64,000 nucleotides of DNA from contig NC_045698.1 of NCBI RefSeq assembly GCF_009834535.1, positions 8,372,001 to 8,436,000 on the forward strand, given 5' to 3'. The notes under the pieces were generated by a model that saw only the letters and a program-made list of their open reading frames with translations, had not been told where the DNA came from and did no database searches. The stretch comes from Camelus ferus. Lineage: Eukaryota. This document shows, piece after piece, positions 52,470-63,143 of the stretch; positions within the stretch are counted from its first letter, which is position 1; every line of letters begins with the position of its first letter. Made by a program: the position numbers and the translations under genes.

Positions 52470-53230
52470 GAAAATGGAGATAAATTTGCCTAAAGTGAAA
52501 TGCACAGATCTTAAGTTACTAAATACACACAACCAGGTAATTCACACTCGAGTCAAGAGACAGGACATTTCCATCACATCTAAAAGTAGCCTCAGGCCCC
52601 TTTTACTCATGCCTCAATCACTGTCTGGTATCTGTCACCACAGACAAGTTTTGCTTGTTCTTCTTTTTTTTTTTTTTTTTAATGATCAGTTTATTTCCTC
52701 AAGGTTTTTAATTAATTAATTTTTTTTTTTAAATGGAGGTACTGGGGATTGAACCAAGACCTCATGCATGCTAAGCATGTGCTTTACCACTGAGCTACAC
52801 CATCCCCACTAGTTTTGCTTGTTCTTGAACTTTATATAAATGGAATCATAAATAAATTGTATTCTGGCTCTTTTACCAAGCAAAATGATTTTTGGAGATT
52901 CACCCATGTTGTATGTTTCAGCAGCACATACAGATATTTTTATTGATGAGTGATATTCCATTCTATGGTTCTAGCACTATGTGCTTATCATTACAGTCAT
53001 TTTGTTGTCTTCAGCTTGGGGCTACTATTATAAAGCTACTATGACAGTCTGGTACAAATCTCTTTTTAGATATATGTTCCTGTTTCTTTTGGATAAATTT
53101 CTAGAAGTAGAATTGCTGGGTCATGTGGTAGATATATGGTTAAGTGTATAACGAACTACCACAATTTTCTCTAAAATGGTAATACCCCTTTATACTCCCA
53201 CTAGTAATACATGAAAAGTCCAGTTGCTGC
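52470..53230 (-). mobile_element. old LINE-1 3' end (L1MC/L1ME-type), interrupted by the SINE
   Basis: AAGTGAAATGCACAGATCTTAAG...GTTCTTGAACTTTATATAAATGGAATCATA...GTAGAATTGCTGGGTCAT...TACTCCCACTAG. Confidence 0.85.
52663..52807 (-). mobile_element. tRNA-Ala(AGC)-derived SINE, camelid Vic-1 type
   Basis: Minus strand GGGGATGGTGTAGCTCAGTGGTAAAGCACATGCTTAGCATGCATGAGGTCTTGGTTCAATCCCCAGTACCTCCA (A and B boxes, AGC anticodon), then an A-rich tail. Perfect 16-bp TSD AGTTTTGCTTGTTCTT at 52647-52662 and 52811-52826. Confidence 0.92.
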
Positions 53231-53363
53231 ATTAACCGTGTTATAAGGGAATATTTTTGCAATCTAGACATAAGGAAGAATATTTTAGAGAGAATAGGAA
53301 AGCTCTAAATATAAATTTTTTGAAACTCAATTTACATTTCATTAAATTTTAAAAATCTGCATG

Positions 53364-53826
53364 CAGGAAACCTTGAAGACACTGTGAGTTCTGTCCAGAC
53401 CACTGCAGTAAAGCAAACATCACAACAAAGTGAGTCATATAAATTTGGTTTCCCAAGTGCTTATAAAACTTACGTTTACACTATACTGTAGTGCATTGAG
53501 TGTGAATAGCATTATGTCTAAAAACTGTACATTTCATAATTAAAAACACTTCATCAATAAAAATGCTAACCATCATCTGAATCTTAGCGAGTCACAATCT
53601 TCTTGCAAGGGCAACAGATCACCATAAAAAATATAATGATGAAAAAGTTTGAAATAGCACAAAAATTACCAAAATGTGACACAAAGACAGGAAGGGCATA
53701 GATGCTGTTGGAAAAGTAGCACCAACAGACTTGCTTCAGGCAGGGGCGCCACAAACTTCAATTTGTAAAAAACGCAGTCTCTGCGAAGCACAATAAAAAG
53801 AAGTGCAATAAAACCAGTTGTGTCTG
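53364..53826 (-). mobile_element. Tigger1 internal-deletion derivative (TcMar-Tigger)
   Basis: Both Tigger1 ends are present about 460 bp apart: CAGG..ACCT.GA.GA..CTGTGAGTT..GTCCAGACCACTGCA and TCTGCGAAGCACAATAAA..AAGTGCAATAAAAC..G..TGTCTG. A TA follows the element. Confidence 0.9.
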
Positions 53827-54124
53827 TAAACTTTTTCAAAATATTTTCAAAATATCTGTGACTTTATTATATTTCAAGTGCAACTCTTGTAGACATCATA
53901 TTTGAGTCTGTTTCTATGCACTATTACAATTTCTACCCTTAAAATGGAATGTTTAGTCCATTTATATTTAATGTAATTTTTAATAAAGGTTGGATTTAAT
54001 CTACTGTACTTTTCTATTTGTTAATGGTTCATTGTGGGTTATGTTGTTCCCTGTAAAGTATGTTAACTTTTTCTCTAACAGATAGTTGAATTACAAGTGG
54101 ACCATCTTGAGCCTCTCAGTATGG

Positions 54125-54926
54125 TGTAACAGGAAATATAAACTTGTTTTTCATCTCAGGTTCTTGGCACAGAGCTCCTAAATAAAACCCTTGGAGCTTC
54201 CTGAGTAATAAGGTGATAGGTGTGCCTTTTTTTCTAATGAGGCAATCCTTGGCCAGCTCCTAGATAACTTCAGGATGGGGACTGGTTGTCAGAGAGACAA
54301 AGACTTGATTAGAAGCTTGGGATTTTAGCCCCAGCCCCCAACCTTGGGGTGGGGGGAGGGGGCCAGGTATGGAGAGGTGCTGGAGATTGAGTTCATAAGC
54401 AACGGTAGCCATTGATTTACTCAATCATGCCTCTGTAATGAAACCTCCATAAACACCCTCAAACCCCTAAATATCGGGGTTCAGAGAGCTCCCGGGCTGG
54501 TGAACTCACTGGTGGTGGGAGGATGGGGCACCCAGAGAGGGCAGGGAAACTCTGTACCGCTCCCCGCAAGATGTACCTTGTCCTGTGCATCTTTTCCCTT
54601 TGGCTGTTCCGGAGCTGTATCCTCCACAATAAATGAGTAACAGTACATGAAGTGTTTCCCTGATTTCTGTGATTTGTTCTAGCAAATTATTAGACCCAAG
54701 GAAAGGGTTATAGAAACCCTCAGTTTATAGCTGGTTGGCCAGAAGCCCAGGTGGCCCCTGGGACTTGTAACGGGCATCTGAACCGAGGACAGTCTTGCAG
54801 GACTGGGGCCTTAACTGTGAGATCCATGCTAACTCTGGGGACCTCACATTAGAATTGAGTTGTTGAACACCCAGTTGGTACCCCGAGAATCAGAAAACTA
54901 GTTTGCTGGGGTTAGAAAACATCACA
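54125..54926 (+). mobile_element. solo LTR, MER21-like
   Basis: TGTAACAGG...GGTTCTTGGCACAGAGCTCCTAA...CTTCAGGATGGGGACTGG...TCAATCATGCC...AATGAAACCTCCATAAA...GAAAACATCACA. Confidence 0.88.
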
Positions 54927-55232
54927 GCATCGGAACTGGTTTTTTGCCTTAATGGAGTCAGTATATTCTGTTTTTCTCCTTAGTACCAGGACATCACTTT
55001 GACCCTCAGTGATGGTTCTTGCAAAATGTGGCTTTTCTGGGGGCTCAGTTGAACGTCCACTGTGCTCAGCAAGGCTATTTCATTCTGAATGGACCAGAAC
55101 TCCAGCACCACTCAGCGCCACATGGCCTCTGGCACCTCCGTTCAACTCTTCCTTCCACAGCAGCCGTTCTACCCGAAGCCTCTGGGAGTCTCACCCCGGA
55201 CATGGGCACTCAGCCCTCGGCCAGAGACCGAG

Positions 55233-55718
55233 TATGAACGAAAACTACTGCAAACCATCTCAGTAAACAAAGAATGCTGAAGCCATCAAGTCATCAGCGG
55301 CTGCCGCCACCCCCCAGTGAAGACAAGCCTGCAGGCCGGCCTCTGCAGCCACTCACAATGGTGCACCCCGAGGGGACTCAGAATAAAAAGGACAGGACAC
55401 TGGCCCTAGATGGCTAGGTGCTTGTCAAAGGAATGAATTCAATGAGCCCAAATATTGGCTCCCTCCCATACATAGACAGGCACTAAATTCTTTAACTTGA
55501 GATGCCTGGTTTTCTTTAGTTAACAAGTAAGCTTTTAATGTTCCAGCTACCTGGTCTTTGTTGTAAAGCTCCTGTATATCCTAGCTCCTCCCCTACCTCT
55601 TTGGAGCAGTCCCTCAGAGCCATCTGAGAGGCTGTCATCCCGGGCTGAGTCCTCAGAATTGTCCACCGAATAAAACATAACTCTCAACTTTTAGGTTGTG
55701 CATTTATTTCAGCCGACA
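55233..55718 (+). mobile_element. ERV1-class solo LTR (MER34-like) with 4-bp TSD
   Basis: Ends GAATAAAACATAACTCTCAAC...TTGTGCATTTATTTCAGCCGACA. Flanked by CGAG on both sides (55229-55232 and 55719-55722). The 5' TG is mutated to TA. Confidence 0.9.
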
Positions 55719-58700
55719 CGAGCGACCATCCTACGCAACTCTCACACTTTCCTCTTCTCTGCTACCCTGCTGTTCAAATCCCAGTATTTTCAGCAGCATC
55801 AAACTCTGGTGCCTGCTCCTTTGCTCACGAAGTTCCACTTTCTCTCCTTGTGTCAGTGATGGGAAGCCACCCCGCGGCTAAAAGCTGGGACAGAGGTGAG
55901 ACACCTCACATGCTTCTTTTCCCTCAAGAATCAAGTCCTGCACAACCTGTTGTCCAAAGCCTGAAGACAACTGCCTCCTACACCTGTTCCGTGTTACAGC
56001 TGCTTATGCCACGTGCCCATCTTCGACTAATCTTTATGACCAAAGCAGAATCCCAGTCAAGTACTTGTTAAGAATATCGCTACTGTTGTAGTAATAGTAT
56101 TTAAGGGCCATAATGAACACTTTCCGGTCAAGAGTAGACACTAAACGGGTTAGAACAGTGGGTACTCATACTGCAGTAACAAAAAGATAGTTGGAATCGG
56201 ATTTTGGACTTCTTCAGCTGGGATAAAGGGTACTTACTCCATTAGATTGGCAGAGGGGAAGCTTTGAAGAATTCTCAGCCGGTGGGCTGAGATCATGCAT
56301 CCAGCTCAGCTTTAGCAGGAACAGGAAATGGGGTGAGATCTGCACGGGGAGACCAGGGAAGACGGTGCTACCTGAGGTGGTGAGGCCGTGAGGAGGATGG
56401 AGGCAGGGATGAACTGAACGCAAGGGGACTAGGAAGTGCCGTTCCCCATGGCTACTCCTGGATTATTGTGCTGCAAGAAAAGTATAAGCCAAAGCTTTCG
56501 AGCCTGCCTGAGTTGAGGGTGCAGGAAAGCACAGTCACTAGAAATAAGGAATTTGGGGAAAGTAGCTAATTTTAAGAATTCCACCATTTTGAGTTTGAAG
56601 GCTGGTAACATAGCACACATTGAAAAAGAAGATACCCAGGTAGAAATGACTAGCAGACAACTGAAAATACTGGTCTAGAGCCTCCAGACAGGACTGAATT
56701 CCAGTATTAATTTGAGAATATTTGTACGTATTGGGAGATGACTGAGTTTACACAGGAGAGAAAATGAATCATTAGCATAAGATAGAATCTGGGGAAAAAC
56801 TCCAAACTGGGAAAGAGAACATGGCAATACTTACATTGTTTCAATTATTCTTACTTTGAGAACTTCAGAATCTTTGCATTTAGAGTATTAATCTAGCTTG
56901 TGTGTGTGTGTCCCAAGTTGACATATAAACCTTACAACTGTTTTAGTGTTGTAATGACACAAAATTATCCAGGTGATAAGAAAGTAAAACACAGTTAAAG
57001 CACACAAATCTATGCAGGATGGATATCACTAAAAGCAAAATTGAATTTTAAAATCTGGAGAAGAAATAATAAATAGAAAATTGTTAATTGTGGCTGAATT
57101 TCAGAAACATGTGTAATCAACTCCTGGATTAAAGAATTATTCAAGTAACAGTTAGTCACTAACCATGAAAACTTTGACCATGACACATACAAAATAAGAA
57201 GAAAACATAAAAGTGAGTCTATTATATCTGAAAGATAAACTCTTAGGGATAGAAATACAAGTGTATGATGATTGGTCGTGTTTGTTTGGTTTTTCCTATT
57301 GAACCCAAAGAAAGCAGGTATAACAAGTTACTAGGAAATCCATAATTTAAAAAAGATACTATAATTATAATGAGTTAGAATGAGCAGAAGTCTCTAGACT
57401 TGAAAAGAGTACTGGATAAAGGCAAAAATACTTTCTACTTTGGCACATAAACCCTGAGATGTCACTCAGAAGACATCTTAGAGATCGCTCTTTCTAGAGA
57501 AGAAAATGTGAGGTTCAGAAAGGTGAGGAGATTTTACAAAAGTATGCATGAAAAAAAAGGAAAACTGAAACTACAATTCTAACTTTTTACTGCCTCTTAA
57601 GACCCGTTAGAAACTGAGTTCCTGATTTGTGAAATAAAGGCACTGGTTCTTATGGAATCCATCACCAGAGTATTCCTCCTGAAATGCCAACTTCTTCAAG
57701 TCTTGTGACTTTCTTTAATGTGCTCTCTTCAGAGGATGATATTTCTCAAAATTAAATTTCCCAAAACATGACTAAATCATCTCAAAATTATTTTAATACA
57801 TTGTTAAAATACATAGACCAGAGAATTTTATAAAAAGGTATGTATCTAAAGTTGCTGGCAAATTTTATCTTTGCTAGGACATTGAGAAAGTCACTCATGT
57901 GGATACTAAAACTGGAAAGAGGGCCATTTCCTCCCTCTTTAGAAAGAAATTACTTCTTTCTGATTGGAAAGACCAAATAAGAAAGGATTTTAGATTTCTA
58001 GTTTAGAGATGCAAATGTGTAGTCTGTCTTTCCTTACTACCTTTTGGAGACAGAAACAAGTTTAGAGTAAAGAGTAGGTCCTTCTAATTTGATGTAAAAA
58101 GTAAGAAAAACAAATGAAGGCTTCTGCTTTAATTCATTCTATGAACCTAAACACGATTACTAGGCAGTTGCTCAGACAAAAGCCACCAGGGAACAGATAA
58201 AGTGGCCAAAACACTTCCAGTCGCACTCACCTGAGAAAGAAAGGACTAGAGCGTTACGTCAGGAGCAGGGCTGCATTAAGTCACTAGCTAAAGGGGGTTT
58301 TCGGAGTGTTGAAGGGACCGAATGGTTCCTAGCTATTTTCAAGATTTTCATTTTAAAGAAATGCTTCTCATCTAGGTCTTAATGAAGGTAAGACTCAAAC
58401 ACAGCTCTCACTGAGTCACTGCAGATGGCCTTCCTTGCATTTGGACTTTCTGGAGAAAAAGTGACTATGGCATTGTAGAAAAATATGTCTGCATAACTGA
58501 TGTGAAATATAAACTTTAAATGAAAATCAGATTATTTTAATGTTCTCCACTATCCTCATGTTCTCTGTCCATAGATTGATGTGCAATGAAAAGACAGCCA
58601 AAGTTTCCCACTAAAGATGAAATATTCAACCATGAACTTGAGTTTCCACTCCTACCTGCAACTGATATTTTAATATATACAGCCTGTCCATGTATTCAAT

Positions 58701-59817
58701 GGAAAATAGTCAAGTTAACTATTAAGATGCTTAGTGATTAGGATGGAGATATTCCTGGAAGAAAAGATATCTGTTCCTGGAAAATAAAATGGTTTTTTTC
58801 TTTACACTAACAGGCAGAAAAAACATTGAAGTATGATGTGCTCCTAAAACCATGAATTAGTATTATATGTGTGTATGTAGAGAATGTATGTGTTTTCAAT
58901 TAACACAGGATAAAAATTCTCCTCAATTAATTACCATTCTAAAATACTATTTTCTAGTGTAGTATTTATAATTGGGAAATCAATGAAACCAAATTTTAAA
59001 CTCTCAGACATTCTTAAAACATGTGAATTCAATTCAAAGACAGAATAAGTAAAGGATTATTTCTAATCAAATAATTCAGAAAGGAGTCAGAATTTGACCT
59101 AGGAAGACTAAGAAAATAATTATAAGATATTAGATAGGTAAAATTAAAATATTAAAAGATATTCTTTATTTTACCACTGTATTCATAGCTAATAGCATTA
59201 AATAACTCTAAGCTATGTCCTTGAATTATGTTAGTTTGTGGAATTAATTTTAATGATGGTGGAAGGCATTTGACTGGCAACATTTCAAAGCAGCATTTCC
59301 TAGTGGGCCAAGAAGGTAGAAACCATCTCAAGACCAGATGCTATTCCATCTTCAAATTCCACTAGCTGCCAACAGATCTCAAAGCTACAGAGGAGTTAAT
59401 TAAAAAGATTTCATTTTAAAATTCATTCAGATCTGAATGCCTCAGCTAAGGCTGCTAATGAAAATGCTGTTCCATGCTAAAAAGAAATTGGTTGCTAACA
59501 TTGATATCTTTATTCAAAATGTCACACGTCGATCAAACCATATCACTGTCAAAACAGCATTTGAAAGAAAGATCACTGCTGGGTGAAAAAAATTTGGGGG
59601 AACAATTTTAAAAAGAATTTCCAGGACTGATTGTATTAAGGAGACTTTTAAAAATTAAAATAGCTACCTTAGCTTCCTAACATAAACTCATGAACAAATT
59701 AAAATATCACAGAAAAACATGTGCTCATTTCCTGAGTCTCAGATGGCTGAAATCATTTCCATCCAAATGATCAGCTCTAATTCATCTGCCATGCTGTTTC
59801 CCCCCATGGATACTTAC

Positions 59818-60065
59818 CAAGGAAACCTGGAATTGACGACTTAGTGGTTTTCTACCCGCCACAGAATGAACTGCTCCAATACATCTATTTCAGGGAATGA
59901 AGTATGAAGTTGTTCTTCATTGCAGGATTAAGCATGCAATTGTAGGAAGAAGGCAAATTAATTGTGTTGTGAAGTCACTGCTTTGAAGGAAGAACCCCAG
60001 TTAAAGGAGTGGCTCCTATGAGTGGGAAATCACTGAAACGTATGTCTTTGGTGTCACCTAGTTTT
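59818..60065 (-). other. candidate non-coding first exon of an unidentified minus-strand transcript
   Basis: Ends TTCCTTG|GTAAGTAT, with +1..+8 fully complementary to U1. A TATA-like box lies about 25-30 nt upstream of the assumed start. No ATG-initiated frame stays open across the donor. The 5' end is inferred. Confidence 0.45.
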
Positions 60066-60089
60066 CTGCTACTCAAGGTGCTGGCCCTC

Positions 60090-60130
60090 TTTAAATAATA
60101 AGCATGACCCTGAACTGGAAATTAATTTCC
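60090..60130 (-). promoter_or_regulatory. candidate core promoter (TATA-like box, DR0, palindrome)
   Basis: Minus-strand TATTTAAA at 60097-60090; AGTTCA-GGGTCA direct repeat at 60116-60105; perfect palindrome GGAAATTAATTTCC at 60117-60130. Confidence 0.4.
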
Positions 60131-60219
60131 CAACCAGATTTCCACTGGATAACTAAAGTCACGCCTGAGTTTATAAGTAATCTGTGATTGATACATAGTG
60201 TGTCTCAGTAGTGAAATTA

Positions 60220-61050
60220 CATAGTTCACAGATGTGGTGATGACTACAAAGGTCTGGCTGGGAGCTGAGCCTGTGAATCTCAGCTCCGCTCCTCAGTAGC
60301 TATGAGATAGTGAGCAAGATCATGTGAGTCGCGTCATGGCTGGAATTGGGATAATGACACTTACATTTAAGAGTTGTTGTTGGAAACAGCCTAAATGTCC
60401 ATCAACAGGTGACTGGATAAAGAAGATGTGGTATATTTATACAATGGAATACAATTCAACCATAAAAAACCAACAACATAACACCATTTGCAGCAACATG
60501 GATGTCCCTGGAGAATGTCATTCTAAGTGAAGTAAGCCAGAAAGAGAAAGAAAAATACCATATGAGATAGCTCATATGTGGAATCTAAAAAAAAAAAAAA
60601 AAAAAGAACATAAATACAAAACAGAAACAGACCCATAGACATAGAATACAAATTTGTGGTTGCCAAGGGGGCTGGTGGTGGGAAGGGACAGACTGGGAGT
60701 TTGAAATTTGTGGAGACTGACAGGCATATATAGAATAGATAAACAAGATTGTACTGTGTAGCATGGGGAAATATATACAAGATCTTGTGATAGCTCGCAG
60801 TGAAAAAAATGTGACAATGAATATATGTATGTTCATGTATAACTGAAAAATTGTGCTCTACACTGGAATCTGACTATAACTCAATAAAATGAGTATAACT
60901 TTTATAGTAAAATGACTATAACTCAATAAAAAAAGGTTAAAAAAAAGAGTTGTTGTACAGGTTGATACAAATTGCTCTGCACAGTATTCAGTTTTAGCAT
61001 ACAGCAGGCTACTTAATACAAACGGAACTTGTGAGATCTGCATGTAATTA
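60220..61050 (+). mobile_element. MIR relic split by the L1 insertion at 60381-60944
   Basis: Left half GAATCTCAGCTCCGCTCCTCAGTAGCTATGAGA..GAGCAAG...GGGATAATGACACTTAC. Right half GCTCTGCACAGT...GCATACAGCAGG.TACTTAATA. Confidence 0.65.
60381..60944 (+). mobile_element. 5'-truncated young LINE-1 with 12-bp TSD
   Basis: ORF 60324-60530 contains WKQPKCPSTGDWIKKMWYIYTMEY (ORF2p C-terminus). TSD AAGAGTTGTTGT at 60369-60380 and 60945-60956. Confidence 0.96.
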
Positions 61051-62223
61051 TCATCACATTTCCAAAGACACAAGGTTCCCATCGTTAGGGAGCTCCCTGA
61101 GGGAAAATGGCCTAAGTGACATAAGGGCGTTCTCTCTTTCCAGGTGCTATCACTGGTTTTATATCTCAGTGCTTTAAGGGATAGTGCATCAAGCATGGCT
61201 ATTTCCTGGAGAGTTTTAACATTCCACAATGGCAGATTCACATAATTGCACATAAATTAAATAAAATATATCAGCTTCTTCTATCTTAAAATATTGATGT
61301 GGACTTGAGAACTGAGTAAGATGTGTCTTCGGGGACCAGCTAAGTGACAAGAAAGGACTCTTGGCAGTCCCTGCCCTCAGTCGCACCCGCCTCACCCTGC
61401 CTGAATTCCTTCACTTTATCCAAATGGGCCGTTAAGCCTCCTGCTTCACAGATAGTATCATGCTTAAGATGTGCTGCAGAAATATGTCAGAAGAAACCAA
61501 AATGCAGCATATTTTTTTAGATAAACATCACTCAGGAATCATATGTATTGTGGGCAAAGAAATACAAACAATTTCCAAAGACCTGAGCTCTTTGCCAGAC
61601 CTGGATGCGGTGAGCAAACGATTATTAAATGTACTTCACACAAACTGGATTTGTACTATGGAAGGATGGAGAAGAAGGATGAGACAATTCCGACACCTTA
61701 GTCTAAGGGGGATAAAGGCACATACACAAATTGCAACCTGAGATAAAATCATGGCCTACAGGTTCAGTTGCACAGTTTGTGCACTGCCCAAAATAGTCCC
61801 TGGAGGGAGAGGAAACTAGAGGCTGAAATCTGACCCTTACTACCGTGGCTAAACTATGCACCCTTGTCCAGGCCTAGGTCTTCCTAGAAGGAACACCCAG
61901 AGTCAACAGGCTTATAGCAGCAGCTCAGAGGGGAAACGAAATCTTAGAGACCCAGAACTGAACTTTAAGAAAAGGACAAAGACTAAACAAAGAATTGCTT
62001 TTGCCTAGAAAGATCTTTGCACCCTTCAGAGAGGAAGTTTTAAAAAAGAGTTTTCGTAGATGAGATGATCTCAATAGTCAGAAATGACAAAATAAAAAAA
62101 GTTTCCCCACGTTAAGTTGGAGGAATACATTTGGGTAAAAAATAAAAGTGCAACTGTTACGTGATCATAAAATGGAACTAATTGTGCCTCATCACGAATT
62201 GTTCTCTTTCTGCATCTGAGCAG

Positions 62224-62272
62224 GAGACACAGAGCCGGTTGCCTGGCCCGTTTCGGCACTGTACGACAAAAG
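62224..62272 (+). other. candidate 49-nt internal exon (product unknown)
   Basis: Branch-like ACTAAT at ~62177, tract TTGTTCTCTTTCTGCATCT, GAGCAG acceptor, consensus donor AAG|GTAAGT. The exon body is GC/CpG-rich relative to its flanks. No translation recognised. Confidence 0.45.
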
Positions 62273-62672
62273 GTAAGTACTGGAGAGTCCTAACCACTCC
62301 TGTGTGATGTGAAGCGAAGGAATGATTCTGTGTTTCAAATGGAGAGAATCTAACTTCTATGAAACTGAAAACGTCCACGCAGTTGGGATACAAATCAGGC
62401 AAATCTCTTCTAATGTTTTAAGTAATGTTTACAGGTTACAAAGTCAGGAAGTCCAAGACCTCCACTTTGGATACACATCACTCCTAAGTTTTCCAGAAAG
62501 TCTGGAACTAATGCCATGCTTAGGGGAGATCAATCTGATTTTCCCACCCAAGCAGTGAATAGCAGGAGGGCAGTAACTGCTTGCTGCGGATTTCACTGCC
62601 TGTAGTCCTCTCGTTATATTTACCTTTCCATCTGTTTAGAGATACAGCTCTCACTGAGCAGGAGATACAGAT

Positions 62673-62673
<1 letters not shown>

Positions 62674-62721
<48 letters not shown>
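62674..62721. repeat. (TAGA)12 tetranucleotide microsatellite
   Basis: Directly visible, followed by TA/GA dinucleotide runs to about 62750. Confidence 0.97.
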
Positions 62722-62723
<2 letters not shown>

Positions 62724-63091
62724 TAGATATAGATATATATAGAGAGAGAGATGGATACAGATACAAATGCCACTGTACAAATGCATGTTTGTGGTTTTGC
62801 AATTCTTTTTTAAGCTGCTTCAAACATTGAGCAAAGACATTTCAAATTGCAGTAAATAATTATGCAGATGCTTTGGTCTGTATGAGTTAAAATTAACTTG
62901 GGATGCTGTTGCTTTATTTGTGAATTCAGTCTAATCTTTTTTTTTCTCATATTTGAAAATCCTATTCTGAAGGCTGTGTTTTATCGTTCAGGAAGTTTTG
63001 CGATGGCCTCCAGCCAAAAGCATTAAGGATTCGAGTTGATGTTAGTTATTCAGGACCAGACGCAACTGATTTTTACATTAACAGTGATGTG

Positions 63092-63143
63092 ACATTTTAG
63101 GCAGGATTTGATTCGTAACATTTTAGGCAGGACTTGATTCATA
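63092..63143. repeat. 26-bp tandem duplication
   Basis: ACATTTTAGGCAGGA(T/C)TTGATTC(G/A)TA occurs twice, with 2 mismatches. Confidence 0.9.

Noticed and set aside
52735..52807. Functional tRNA-Ala gene
   Set aside because: The A tails, TSD, extra 5' bases and a deletion in the T-arm region show it is a SINE.
59810..59818. U1 snRNA 5' end (ATACTTACC) on the plus strand
   Set aside because: Only 9 nt match and the rest of U1 is absent; better explained as a minus-strand splice donor.
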